From: a virus
Lineage: Duplodnaviria; Caudoviricetes
Reading direction: 5' to 3' (one strand)
Length of the DNA: 61,800 bases
Virus record (IMG/VR): IMGVR_UViG_3300006789_000022
Span: 1 to 61,800 of that record
The notes under the pieces were generated by a model. It saw only the letters and a list, made by a program, of their open reading frames with translations, did no database searches and was not told the origin of the DNA. Each line of letters opens with the position of its first letter. Positions within the stretch are counted from its first letter, which is position 1. A program made the translations under genes and the position numbers. Shown one piece after another: positions 1 through 8,345 of this stretch.

Positions 1-89
1 AACTCGTTGCGTGGGCCGAGCAGTATAGCCCCGATTACGCTGGGGCTGTAACGACATTACCCTGAACAAAAGCGACGAATAAGTGAACC

Positions 90-1646
90 ATGCCTCTCCA
101 ACGCAACCAGCCGTCGCCAGAACGCCAGAGCGTCCTTTCGTTTGTATCACCAAGCGTTGCGGACCTTCTGTTTTACGAGACCGTTGATGCCAAGACCGTT
201 GGGGCTGGGGGCGGTAAAACGGTAACATCTATCTCGTCTGCTACGCAGGCGGTTGAGGTTACGGCTGGTGGCACCTATGACGGGGACTACCACGAATCGG
301 GGTTCCTTGTTCAAGTGACTTCTACGGCCCACGGTTATGTTGTTGGGGATGTTGTCACTGTTATAAACGCCCCAGACGGCAACAACGGCCTTAACGCAAA
401 TGGAACTTTTGAGATAAGGTCCAAGACAGACAACAATTTTGTTTATTTTGTCCGTGGGTCTGGTTCAACCAGCACATGGGACGCTGCTGATGTTACAGCG
501 GCCAATACCATTGTTTACAAATCCCACCCACAATACGGGACCGCACACCCTGACACGGAAAAGTTCCCCACCCACAAGCTGTGTTATGTGAAGCAGGCCG
601 ACGGCGAAGGGCTATATTTTGAATACTACTATGCCGCTGAACGCCTGCACCAAGACGATTACAACTTTGAATACAGCCAAGCGGACTTGGGTGGGAACAA
701 ATATGATACCGTAGTGCGGACCTATGTGACCTTGCGGTCTGATTTTGCTGACGCCGACACTGAGTATCCGGCGGGGGGTGCCATGCCTGACCCGCTCAAT
801 CAGTTTGCAGACACCCATATTCTGCTCACACGCCAGCAGAAGCGCATCGGGGATCAGGAATTGGACGGCCTCTTCGTTGTCGAGCAGCGGGTTTACTTTA
901 ACCGTCAGGACATCGTTACCCAGAAGCTGGACTCTGCCACAGACAAGGTTCTGGAGACTAAGATAAAACTTTACTATCGTGGTGAAGCTGGGGCCGACCT
1001 TACGGGTTCATCCGCTGCAATAGAAACTGCCGCAGACGATCCCACCGCGTGGGGTCTGTCTGCTACGGGGGTGAACAAGGAAGTCCAACAACTAAGTCAC
1101 GACTGGTGGCAGGTTACCGTGCAGGATGTTATCCCGCAGGGGCTTACTGACCATCTCGGCGGCAAAGTTATCAGGGATTATTACACATATCAGAACTTCA
1201 CATGGCCTGCTGTGCTAGATGGTCTGGTTTTTACATCAGTTGCTAGAAAAGACGGCGCTAACAATACTGCGGTGACTGCTCGTATGAAAGAAGGGAAGGG
1301 GGGTCACAGCGGCCCGACCAAGATGAGGGTCCGGCAAGTATGGAAAAGCACTGTTTTTTCTGAAGGCACCATACCTGAACCCAAGGTTTTCAAGACGACT
1401 AGTGGGAGATACACCGGGGCGCTATATAGTGTAAGTGTTAGTAATGTGCTGAGTGGGCCAATTACATTGACTGACTTTATTGGCACCGAGCACCCTACAT
1501 TTAAGATGGGGGATTATGCGTTCCCCAAGCCTTGGCTTCTGGCATCTGACCCGACGGACTGGCCGAGTAGCTTTGTCGGGTCTGCCGCCCAGAAGCCTTT
1601 TCGGGGCGGCTATTTGCTGGAAATCATAGACGTTTACGCACCTTAA
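90..1646 (+). CDS. Putative virion structural/tail protein (518 aa)
   Basis: Long Thr/Gly/Val-rich ORF in the structural cluster; stop overlaps the next start (TAATG). No diagnostic motif. Confidence 0.5.
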   Translation: MPLQRNQPSPERQSVLSFVSPSVADLLFYETVDAKTVGAGGGKTVTSISSATQAVEVTAGGTYDGDYHESGFLVQVTSTAHGYVVGDVVTVINAPDGNNGLNANGTFEIRSKTDNNFVYFVRGSGSTSTWDAADVTAANTIVYKSHPQYGTAHPDTEKFPTHKLCYVKQADGEGLYFEYYYAAERLHQDDYNFEYSQADLGGNKYDTVVRTYVTLRSDFADADTEYPAGGAMPDPLNQFADTHILLTRQQKRIGDQELDGLFVVEQRVYFNRQDIVTQKLDSATDKVLETKIKLYYRGEAGADLTGSSAAIETAADDPTAWGLSATGVNKEVQQLSHDWWQVTVQDVIPQGLTDHLGGKVIRDYYTYQNFTWPAVLDGLVFTSVARKDGANNTAVTARMKEGKGGHSGPTKMRVRQVWKSTVFSEGTIPEPKVFKTTSGRYTGALYSVSVSNVLSGPITLTDFIGTEHPTFKMGDYAFPKPWLLASDPTDWPSSFVGSAAQKPFRGGYLLEIIDVYAP

Positions 1647-2458
1647 TGGCACAGGATTTTAACCCCGACCTCAGTGTTTCTTTTGACGCGCTGCAAAGGC
1701 CGATGCCCACGCCGGAGCAACCTTCCGGCTCCATTATCGGCAGTGCCGATGCTAACTCCCACCGCCCTGAAGAGGATGAACTTCGGCACCGCCCCCATGC
1801 GTTTGCGCTGATGCACGGCTCGGACGGGGCCAAGGTTGCTTACGGGCAGTTGCTTTGGAGGATTGATGAGCTTAACCTTTTTTATACCCTCTCCGCTCCA
1901 GACACCTTATTAACAGAGGATATTGATACATGGCCTACGGGAACATATGAGGTTACGGGCAGCGGCCCCGCAACTATCGAGATCCCCGCTCGTGGAGGCC
2001 CAGTCCCCATCACTAACTTAGCCCATACGCACGGTCAATCGGGACAAGCAGCCGTAGGCGGTCTAAATGTAAAAGTCCCTACAATAAACACGGAAGACGG
2101 GGCGGTAATGTCTTCGGGGATTAACTTTAACGACAACGACACAAAATACCACCAACTGGACGGGTATGGTGACGTTTACCTTTACTGGAAAGTTGACCTT
2201 GACGATGACGATAACGATAAGGTCACCAAGTGTTGGGTGACGGTAGACGGGGGGACGGCTCAGTCAGACATACCTGCTGTAGATAATTCTTTCACCGCAC
2301 TTGACAGACAGAACACTGGAAACGGCACTATTGAAGTAGGAACATACCGTGTAAAGTTAGGGTCTGTGAACGAAGATGAACAAGTGACCCAAGACATATC
2401 TAGTGACGTTTATTGGTCGATCTTCCTCTTGATGAGGGTAGCCGATGAGGGAAGCTAA
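1646..2458 (+). CDS. Putative tail-associated structural protein (270 aa)
   Basis: Translationally coupled to the upstream ORF; acidic, beta-rich composition. Confidence 0.45.
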   Translation: MAQDFNPDLSVSFDALQRPMPTPEQPSGSIIGSADANSHRPEEDELRHRPHAFALMHGSDGAKVAYGQLLWRIDELNLFYTLSAPDTLLTEDIDTWPTGTYEVTGSGPATIEIPARGGPVPITNLAHTHGQSGQAAVGGLNVKVPTINTEDGAVMSSGINFNDNDTKYHQLDGYGDVYLYWKVDLDDDDNDKVTKCWVTVDGGTAQSDIPAVDNSFTALDRQNTGNGTIEVGTYRVKLGSVNEDEQVTQDISSDVYWSIFLLMRVADEGS

Positions 2459-2852
2459 GTGCGCTTGTTCTTGTTTTGAAGGGGGCAGTTTTACTAAATA
2501 CTCTTTCCCCCCTAGTGGGTTCAAGCCCGAGCTATTTTTAATAAGCCCTAAAGATTTTCTGGGCCTCGCCACGTTTTTGGCTAAAGAAGAACGCACTACC
2601 GCGAGAGTTATTTTTAACAGGGGGGTTCCTTTTTTCAATCTTCCTCATCTGACGCTACAAGACGGCAGGGTCACAGAACACGCGGGAAGGCACAGGGCTA
2701 CGGTCTTGCTGGATAATGGTTACACAACTATGCCTGTCAGGATTTATTCGGTTAAAGACAAAGATTTTCCTGACTACATAAAAGCACAGGAAACCGCAAA
2801 AGACCCTGACTTCACGATCCCCCTGCCCACTGGCCTGACCCTTGACCCTTGA
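2445..2852 (+). CDS. ParB/Srx-like domain protein (135 aa)
   Basis: HAGRHRATVLLDNGYTTMPVRI matches the ParB/sulfiredoxin xGxHR...G...PV pattern. Confidence 0.5.
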   Translation: MREAKCACSCFEGGSFTKYSFPPSGFKPELFLISPKDFLGLATFLAKEERTTARVIFNRGVPFFNLPHLTLQDGRVTEHAGRHRATVLLDNGYTTMPVRIYSVKDKDFPDYIKAQETAKDPDFTIPLPTGLTLDP

Positions 2853-2875
2853 CCCCCCATCTGCTACTTTGAACC
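2842..2875 (+). promoter_or_regulatory. Sigma70-type promoter, probably giving a leaderless transcript for the 2876 ORF
   Basis: TTGACC(2842)-17 bp-TACTTT(2865) with extended TG; ATG 5 nt downstream. Confidence 0.55.
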
Positions 2876-3895
2876 ATGGCCACATTGACCGTTCAAGGCG
2901 TCGAGGATGCCCTGCTAGACGTATGCGGGTCCAAGGGTGCTAACTCCGCCCAGTTCCTGAAAGAACTGAATCTGGCCCTCCCACGCCTCTACAATATGGG
3001 CATGTGGCGCGACCTCGTCTTTGAGGATGTTGTCACCACCACGGCCAGCACGTTCACTATCCCCGACGATGCTGAGTCAATTATTTCGGCTCTTGTAGAC
3101 ACGGACGGGAGCACTACTGATTATTCTTACCCTCGCGCAGTCCGCAGCCAATTCCACGACTACCGACTGGCTGGGCGGGACGACACGGCTGGGGAGAACA
3201 CCATGGCTGCTTTCGGGATCGTGGACGACGGCTACTCAGCAACGGTCGAGGAGCCTGTGGATGGGAAGACCTATTCCTTGACCTTGAGCCCAGTCAGCCC
3301 CGCGGCACACCTCCCCGCATCTGGGACCGTTCATGTTACCTTTTCGGATGGGACAAACACCTCCGACCCCACTTCGCCCCATTCTGGTTCTGTGGGGGGT
3401 AAGTTTACTTGTGGGAGTGAGGCTAGTCTTATAACGCACCCGCATAATGTCGATATAACCAGCATCAGTGAGATAAGGGTGGGGACGGCTAACTTAACAG
3501 ACCCCGTTAAGTTAACTTGGGAAGAGACAGGATCTTCGACTTCTCTGGTCGCCGCCAATGATCTGCAAGAAGCCAACCAAGTCACCCGTTACCGCCGCTA
3601 CCGGATCGACAACAGGGATTCCAAGACCATGTCGCTGCGGCTGCTCCTCAAGCGGAAGTTCAAAACGCTGATCGACAGCACGGACGTTGTCTACATCTCC
3701 AGCCTCAACGCAATCAAACACGCGCTCCTTGGCTCCATTGCCGAAGAGAACGCAGACGTTGAGCGGTCCAATTACCACTGGTCCGTGTGCCGCGCCTTGC
3801 TCGACGAGCAACTGGACGCACACCGTGGCGCGGCCAAGCCCGCCATTAGATTTGATCCCTCTGGTGTGGGAGCCTACACCAGTAACATAATGTAA
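2876..3895 (+). CDS. Putative head-tail adaptor / tail tubular protein (339 aa)
   Basis: Helical N- and C-terminal segments flank a beta-rich core, as in podovirus adaptors; lies in the structural cluster. Confidence 0.45.
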   Translation: MATLTVQGVEDALLDVCGSKGANSAQFLKELNLALPRLYNMGMWRDLVFEDVVTTTASTFTIPDDAESIISALVDTDGSTTDYSYPRAVRSQFHDYRLAGRDDTAGENTMAAFGIVDDGYSATVEEPVDGKTYSLTLSPVSPAAHLPASGTVHVTFSDGTNTSDPTSPHSGSVGGKFTCGSEASLITHPHNVDITSISEIRVGTANLTDPVKLTWEETGSSTSLVAANDLQEANQVTRYRRYRIDNRDSKTMSLRLLLKRKFKTLIDSTDVVYISSLNAIKHALLGSIAEENADVERSNYHWSVCRALLDEQLDAHRGAAKPAIRFDPSGVGAYTSNIM

Positions 3896-3903
3896 CCCCT
3901 ACC

Positions 3904-4083
3904 ATGATCCAATACATCACCGAGAACAAAGAGGAGCTTCTGCAAATCGTTGCCAGCGTCATCGCTGTGGCCTCCCTCATCGCCACCATGACTCCAAACG
4001 AGTCCGACAATAAATGGGTAAACCGCATTTCTTCCGTCGTATCGTGGCTCGCCCTCAACGTGGGCAAGGCTAAGAGCAAGTGA
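3904..4083 (+). CDS. Small membrane protein, holin candidate (59 aa; not in the ORF track)
   Basis: Translated by hand: MIQYITENKEELLQIVASVIAVASLIATMTPNESDNKWVNRISSVVSWLALNVGKAKSK. Hydrophobic segment, basic C-terminus, at the start of the lysis cassette. Confidence 0.55.
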   Translation: MIQYITENKEELLQIVASVIAVASLIATMTPNESDNKWVNRISSVVSWLALNVGKAKSK

Positions 4084-4298
4084 AGACGTTCTTCCGTCTT
4101 TTAACTGCGGCACTCAATGCCTACATCGAACATGTCCGACTGCAACGAGACCGACATCTCGACGCTTTGGAAGATCGCCTTGATGGCCTTGCTTCCATTG
4201 GTGACGCTCATAGCAAGTTGCTCATCGAGCGGGTCGCTAAACGCATCGAGCGCGAACGCAAGCGCCTTATACGATCCACCGACAGTAACTCTGATTGA
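4080..4298 (+). CDS. Coiled-coil protein, i-spanin (Rz-like) candidate
   Basis: Helical 72-aa ORF overlapped in another frame by a lipoprotein ORF. N-terminal TM segment is weak. Confidence 0.4.
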   Translation: MKTFFRLLTAALNAYIEHVRLQRDRHLDALEDRLDGLASIGDAHSKLLIERVAKRIERERKRLIRSTDSNSD

Positions 4299-4404
4299 CG
4301 GGCAGTCCTACCAGTTCAAAGAGGGCGTCCTTGTTGGGCGGAAAGATCATAAATTCCACAGCGACTACAGCTATCGCCGTGCCGTAATCATTGGAGAGAA
4401 ATGA
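4117..4404 (+). CDS. Lipoprotein, o-spanin (Rz1-like) candidate
   Basis: Hydrophobic signal KIALMALLPLVTLIAS then Cys (lipobox-like); +1 frame overlap with 4080-4298; true start may be further downstream. Confidence 0.55.
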   Translation: MPTSNMSDCNETDISTLWKIALMALLPLVTLIASCSSSGSLNASSANASALYDPPTVTLIDGQSYQFKEGVLVGRKDHKFHSDYSYRRAVIIGEK

Positions 4405-4406
4405 TA

Positions 4407-4577
4407 ATGAACCCCCGCATCATCGACTCCTTGATAGGAATGGCCGCACCCACCATCGGGCTTATCACGAGTATGCAGGAACAGTTTGAATACTGGCTGC
4501 GAGTTGGCTCCTTAGTCGTTGGCATCACGGTCGGCCTTGCCTCCTTGTATCGGCTGCTCTCTAAATACAAGAAATGA
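4407..4577 (+). CDS. Small membrane protein, holin candidate (56 aa; not in the ORF track)
   Basis: MNPRIIDSLIGMAAPTIGLITSMQEQFEYWLRVGSLVVGITVGLASLYRLLSKYKK: two hydrophobic segments, basic tail, stop overlaps the endolysin start. In-frame ATG also at 4401. Confidence 0.6.
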   Translation: MNPRIIDSLIGMAAPTIGLITSMQEQFEYWLRVGSLVVGITVGLASLYRLLSKYKK

Positions 4578-5149
4578 AAATCGGGTTAGCATGTGGCCAC
4601 TCACGCCTTGGCGATCAGGGGGCATACACTACAGGCGATTACGTCCTGTCTGAATGGGATTTCAACCGCGACATGGTCCGCCGGATTGGGCATGTGTTGA
4701 GCAACAACCACGGGTGGGCCAGTGGGGGCGATTACGTTATCTACGACCACTATCCCGCCCGAAGCTACACCGGAGCAATTAACTATCTGGCTCGCAAGCT
4801 CAAAGAAGACAACGTCGGGGCCGTCATAGAGCTACATTTCAATTCCGCCAGTCCATCTGCCAAGGGCCACGAGTGGCTTTACTGGCATACCAGTAGCGGA
4901 GGGAAGCGGCTGGCCGAAACCCTGCGTGATGAGATGGAAGAAGCCTACCCAGACATGAAGTCTCGGGGCGCTAAACCACGCGGCCCGAAACAACGCGGCA
5001 GTTATCTGCTCCGCAAAGTCCCGCCCTACGCCGTTATCGCGGAACCTTTTTTTGGGAGTAACGTGCGTGAGTGGGAGATGATTAACGACAGTCGAGACAA
5101 GCTGGCCGGAGTCTACGCCCGCGCCGCCATCAGGTTTGCAGAAGGATGA
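4574..5149 (+). CDS. N-acetylmuramoyl-L-alanine amidase endolysin (Amidase_3 family)
   Basis: Zn-amidase motifs LACGH, SE, IELHFNS and VIAEPFFGSN. Confidence 0.9.
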   Translation: MKIGLACGHSRLGDQGAYTTGDYVLSEWDFNRDMVRRIGHVLSNNHGWASGGDYVIYDHYPARSYTGAINYLARKLKEDNVGAVIELHFNSASPSAKGHEWLYWHTSSGGKRLAETLRDEMEEAYPDMKSRGAKPRGPKQRGSYLLRKVPPYAVIAEPFFGSNVREWEMINDSRDKLAGVYARAAIRFAEG

Positions 5150-5451
5150 GCATCCCCAAGAGCATAACTATCGGTGGGGTTCGGGTCCGAATCCGGCTGG
5201 GGGATCTAGGGGACGACGACTGTTATGGAATGTATTCCCACAGGCGAAAGCTCATCACCATCGACAAGACACTCAAAGGAAAAGAACTCCACGACACCGT
5301 CCGACACGAGATGCTCCACGCCAGTCTCGCCATCTCCGGCCTCAGTTATTCCGAATCTTACGAGGAAGAGAGCATCGTGAGGTGCATGGACGAAATCTAT
5401 TTTCCAGCGTGGGAAAGATTCACAAAACGATTCCAACAAAATAATGCCTAA
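5146..5451 (+). CDS. Small zincin-like metallopeptidase (HEXXH)
   Basis: YG...ITID...TVRHEMLHA followed by EE, typical of minimal phage zincin domains. Confidence 0.65.
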   Translation: MSIPKSITIGGVRVRIRLGDLGDDDCYGMYSHRRKLITIDKTLKGKELHDTVRHEMLHASLAISGLSYSESYEEESIVRCMDEIYFPAWERFTKRFQQNNA

Positions 5452-5650
5452 GAGGACAAAGAATACTTTCAAGCCGCATCTGATGTATCACCCTAAGACG
5501 GGCAAGACATCTCGTGCAAACACCTACGCCCAGCACATCGCGCTTGGGAAGAAGGGATACGTCCACTCATCTTCCAAAAAGAAGAAGTCGTCCCGTGTCC
5601 GCGACTCTTTTCCTGAAGCTGTCGAGAAGAGGTTGAAGGGCGGCTACTGA
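5444..5650 (+). CDS. Basic hypothetical protein (68 aa)
   Basis: Lys-rich ORF fitted between neighbours on the same strand. Confidence 0.55.
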   Translation: MPKRTKNTFKPHLMYHPKTGKTSRANTYAQHIALGKKGYVHSSSKKKKSSRVRDSFPEAVEKRLKGGY

Positions 5651-5654
5651 GGTT

Positions 5655-6191
5655 GTGAAAAAGAAACTGCCTCGCCAGTTCTCAAAAGAGGGCAGGGGCA
5701 AGCTCATAAAGTTCAAACCGAACTCCGAGAACGTAAAGCAGGCTTTCGAGCGAAGTCAGAACCTTGGGGTGCTCCCGAACTCATTCACCCGTGGTGCGGG
5801 GCGCATGACGGGCTTCCTTGGTGAGATCGCATTTGAGCTTCTTTTCCCCGACTCCAAATACGTTGGCAACTACAGCCGCACCCATGACTACTTAATGGGG
5901 AATAGAAAAATTGACGTAAAGTCCAAGACATGCCGCGATACGCCCAAGCCCCATTTCACGGCCTCTGTAGTCTGTCCTGAAAGTAAACCCCTCAAGGCCA
6001 GCCACTACTTTTTTGTTCGTGTCCGCAAGGATCTGACACGGGCGTGGATGCTGGGCTGGATCACCAAGAACCGCCTGATGGAACAGGGCGAGTTCAAACG
6101 TAAGGGCGAGGAAGACGACTACGGGTTCACCTACAAGGTGTCGGGGTGGCACATTCCGATCTCCAGCTTACGGTCCCCGTCGTCACTATGA
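5655..6191 (+). CDS. PD-(D/E)XK-fold nuclease-like protein
   Basis: GFLGE helix followed by HDY...KIDVKSK (D...D-x-K signature). Confidence 0.6.
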   Translation: MKKKLPRQFSKEGRGKLIKFKPNSENVKQAFERSQNLGVLPNSFTRGAGRMTGFLGEIAFELLFPDSKYVGNYSRTHDYLMGNRKIDVKSKTCRDTPKPHFTASVVCPESKPLKASHYFFVRVRKDLTRAWMLGWITKNRLMEQGEFKRKGEEDDYGFTYKVSGWHIPISSLRSPSSL

Positions 6192-8345
6192 CGTAACCAC
6201 AACGGCGGGGATAATGTCATATTTCTCCTCGATACTGATCGTCCACACCTTGCCGCCGCCGCGCCCAACCGACTTGACCGGACGAATATGTGTGTTGGCT
6301 TTCCCTGCTTCTTCCAACGCCGACATCCCGCGCCGGACGAATTCAAGGTTGTTAGACATCCCCACGTTACGCCCGTTGTTGAAGTCATGCAGCGTCACCT
6401 GAAACTCGGTCAGGGTTCCTTCCCAACTCTTCAGTGTTCCATTCAAGGCGCGGCACTTCTTGGCGAAGAACTCGACCAGTTCCGCTACTGCCGAGCGGGA
6501 CGAGTTGTCGTAAGCGGCTGACGATACCGAGATGTCGATGAAGCTGACCACTCCGAACCGTCCGTATGCCTCGATCTCCTGTGGGACCGTCCAGTCCAGC
6601 AGCCACTTCCCGAAGAAGGGGAGTTCTGTCTTGATGGTGGCCTCCAGCATTTTGTTAGGCGGGAAGTTGCTTGTGGCAAAATCACTCACTTTTAAGGCCA
6701 TGAGCTTGTCACGGTTGCTACTGTCAAGGGCGGGTATCACGGATAAGCTGTTGGCGTCCATGTTCAATGACATGATTACCCGTCCTGCCCACGGGACCGA
6801 GATGGAATCTGCATACTTCGCCATATACTCGATGCGAGGATTTGCCACGGCCCGTTTGATGAGTTCAGTTGCTTTCCGTTGATCCTGAAAGGAACTGGCA
6901 CTTGTCGTGTCGTCGATCACCCATGCCGCTACGCGGCCCAGATCCCTGTTGAATTTTGTGTGGCCGGACAAGTAGTCAGACGCGTCGGAGAACCCACCGA
7001 CGAGGCCCGAGATAACTCTGTTAGATAACAGGCTTTTGCCCTTGTTGGTGGGTCCAACCAGAATGAGTGCCTGCCCCTGCATCGTTTCCCGCTCAAGGAC
7101 GGCTTCGTAGAATCTCTTTAACCACGCGTAGAAGTAATCTGTTGTTGGTCGTGGCGTGGAGTTTTCAAATAACTGGGATAGCCACGCGTGGAGGAACGGC
7201 CAGTTCTTCGGGTCTCCGTCGTCAGCAGGTTCCACTGGTTCAATGGTTGCGGTGTTCAGGATGCGGTTGCCGTTGCATTCCACCACGCGGTCCTTTGAGA
7301 AGATAACCGGAGCTATTTCCGTTATACGATTCTGGTTACTGATTACGAGGATCGCAGCCTCAACCTCCGACAGGGGTTTGCCCTTTTTCTGTTTCGGGCA
7401 GAAGCCCATTTGCCTGAGTTCCAGAACGAGTTGGTCCCTTGGTATCTCAACGGCGATGTTATCTAACAGCTTGAAGAACCGCTTTCCGTTGAACCAGTAT
7501 TCGTCGAGGAGAGCGCCGAGCTTCTTCTGCTCATACTCTTCGACAAAGGATGGGCCAAAGATGTCGCGCCACGATATGAATCCGCGCCCCGCCCTGTCGC
7601 TGTAGCAGATCATCCCATCATCTGTAACCTGACAACCTTCACGGTCGATCCCATCGTCGATCCAGAACAGTGGCCCCCTGCTCCCGACTTCAAATGGACC
7701 CACCCACCGATGCCCATAGTCGGATCTTACCTTCTCTGCGACAACGTCAATAGGGATGGCGGTGTCCCCAGATTGCGGTGGGCTGGTCTCGGCGGCTTTA
7801 AGGAGGGCTGTGTGGACTATCGCCTTGGGCAAAGGCACCCCGATCTTGTGCCAGTCGGACCCTAACTCAAAATATTGTGACGGGTTTAACGATGTCTCGT
7901 CGAAGCCAGCGAAGATTTTGTTCAGCTTCAGGATCTTCTTCATCTCCTTGGCGAACGCGGCAAACATGTCCGGTGGCACGGGGATCGCTTCCGCGAATTC
8001 CCAGACCAGTCGGATATACCCGCTGTATGTTTTTGACCTCCATGTCGGCAGGCTATTCGCGCAGATGGTCGCTATCTTCCCGTCCACCAGACTCCAGTCC
8101 ACGGGCGCGTCGTAGTCCGCTACGATGCCGTAGACTTTGTTGGTGGGGTTCTCGGAGGATACCCGTTTTGATGGGGCGCGTCCCTCGACCGTGGAATAAA
8201 ATACGTGTTTGGTTTTTGTATCCGCACACCATGCCCTGTATTCCGCTTTGGAAGAAAACGGCGGGACTGAAGGTTTGAATTTGGAAAGGTCGGCGGTCTT
8301 CCTTGCGGCGGCACTGCGTAGATTTTCAATATAGCGGTAGGTCAT
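6186..8345 (-). CDS. Primase-helicase (AEP-like N-terminus, SF3/DUF5906-like helicase C-terminus)
   Basis: N-terminal ADYD and SKTYSG; Walker A GPTNKGKS, Walker B WVIDD, motif C IMSLN; adjacent to the DNA polymerase. Confidence 0.8.
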   Translation of the reverse strand: MTYRYIENLRSAAARKTADLSKFKPSVPPFSSKAEYRAWCADTKTKHVFYSTVEGRAPSKRVSSENPTNKVYGIVADYDAPVDWSLVDGKIATICANSLPTWRSKTYSGYIRLVWEFAEAIPVPPDMFAAFAKEMKKILKLNKIFAGFDETSLNPSQYFELGSDWHKIGVPLPKAIVHTALLKAAETSPPQSGDTAIPIDVVAEKVRSDYGHRWVGPFEVGSRGPLFWIDDGIDREGCQVTDDGMICYSDRAGRGFISWRDIFGPSFVEEYEQKKLGALLDEYWFNGKRFFKLLDNIAVEIPRDQLVLELRQMGFCPKQKKGKPLSEVEAAILVISNQNRITEIAPVIFSKDRVVECNGNRILNTATIEPVEPADDGDPKNWPFLHAWLSQLFENSTPRPTTDYFYAWLKRFYEAVLERETMQGQALILVGPTNKGKSLLSNRVISGLVGGFSDASDYLSGHTKFNRDLGRVAAWVIDDTTSASSFQDQRKATELIKRAVANPRIEYMAKYADSISVPWAGRVIMSLNMDANSLSVIPALDSSNRDKLMALKVSDFATSNFPPNKMLEATIKTELPFFGKWLLDWTVPQEIEAYGRFGVVSFIDISVSSAAYDNSSRSAVAELVEFFAKKCRALNGTLKSWEGTLTEFQVTLHDFNNGRNVGMSNNLEFVRRGMSALEEAGKANTHIRPVKSVGRGGGKVWTISIEEKYDIIPAVVVTS

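Noticed and set aside
1-65. 3' end of an upstream gene (LVAWAEQYSPDYAGAVTTLP)
   Set aside because: Only 20 codons are visible, too few to support a call.
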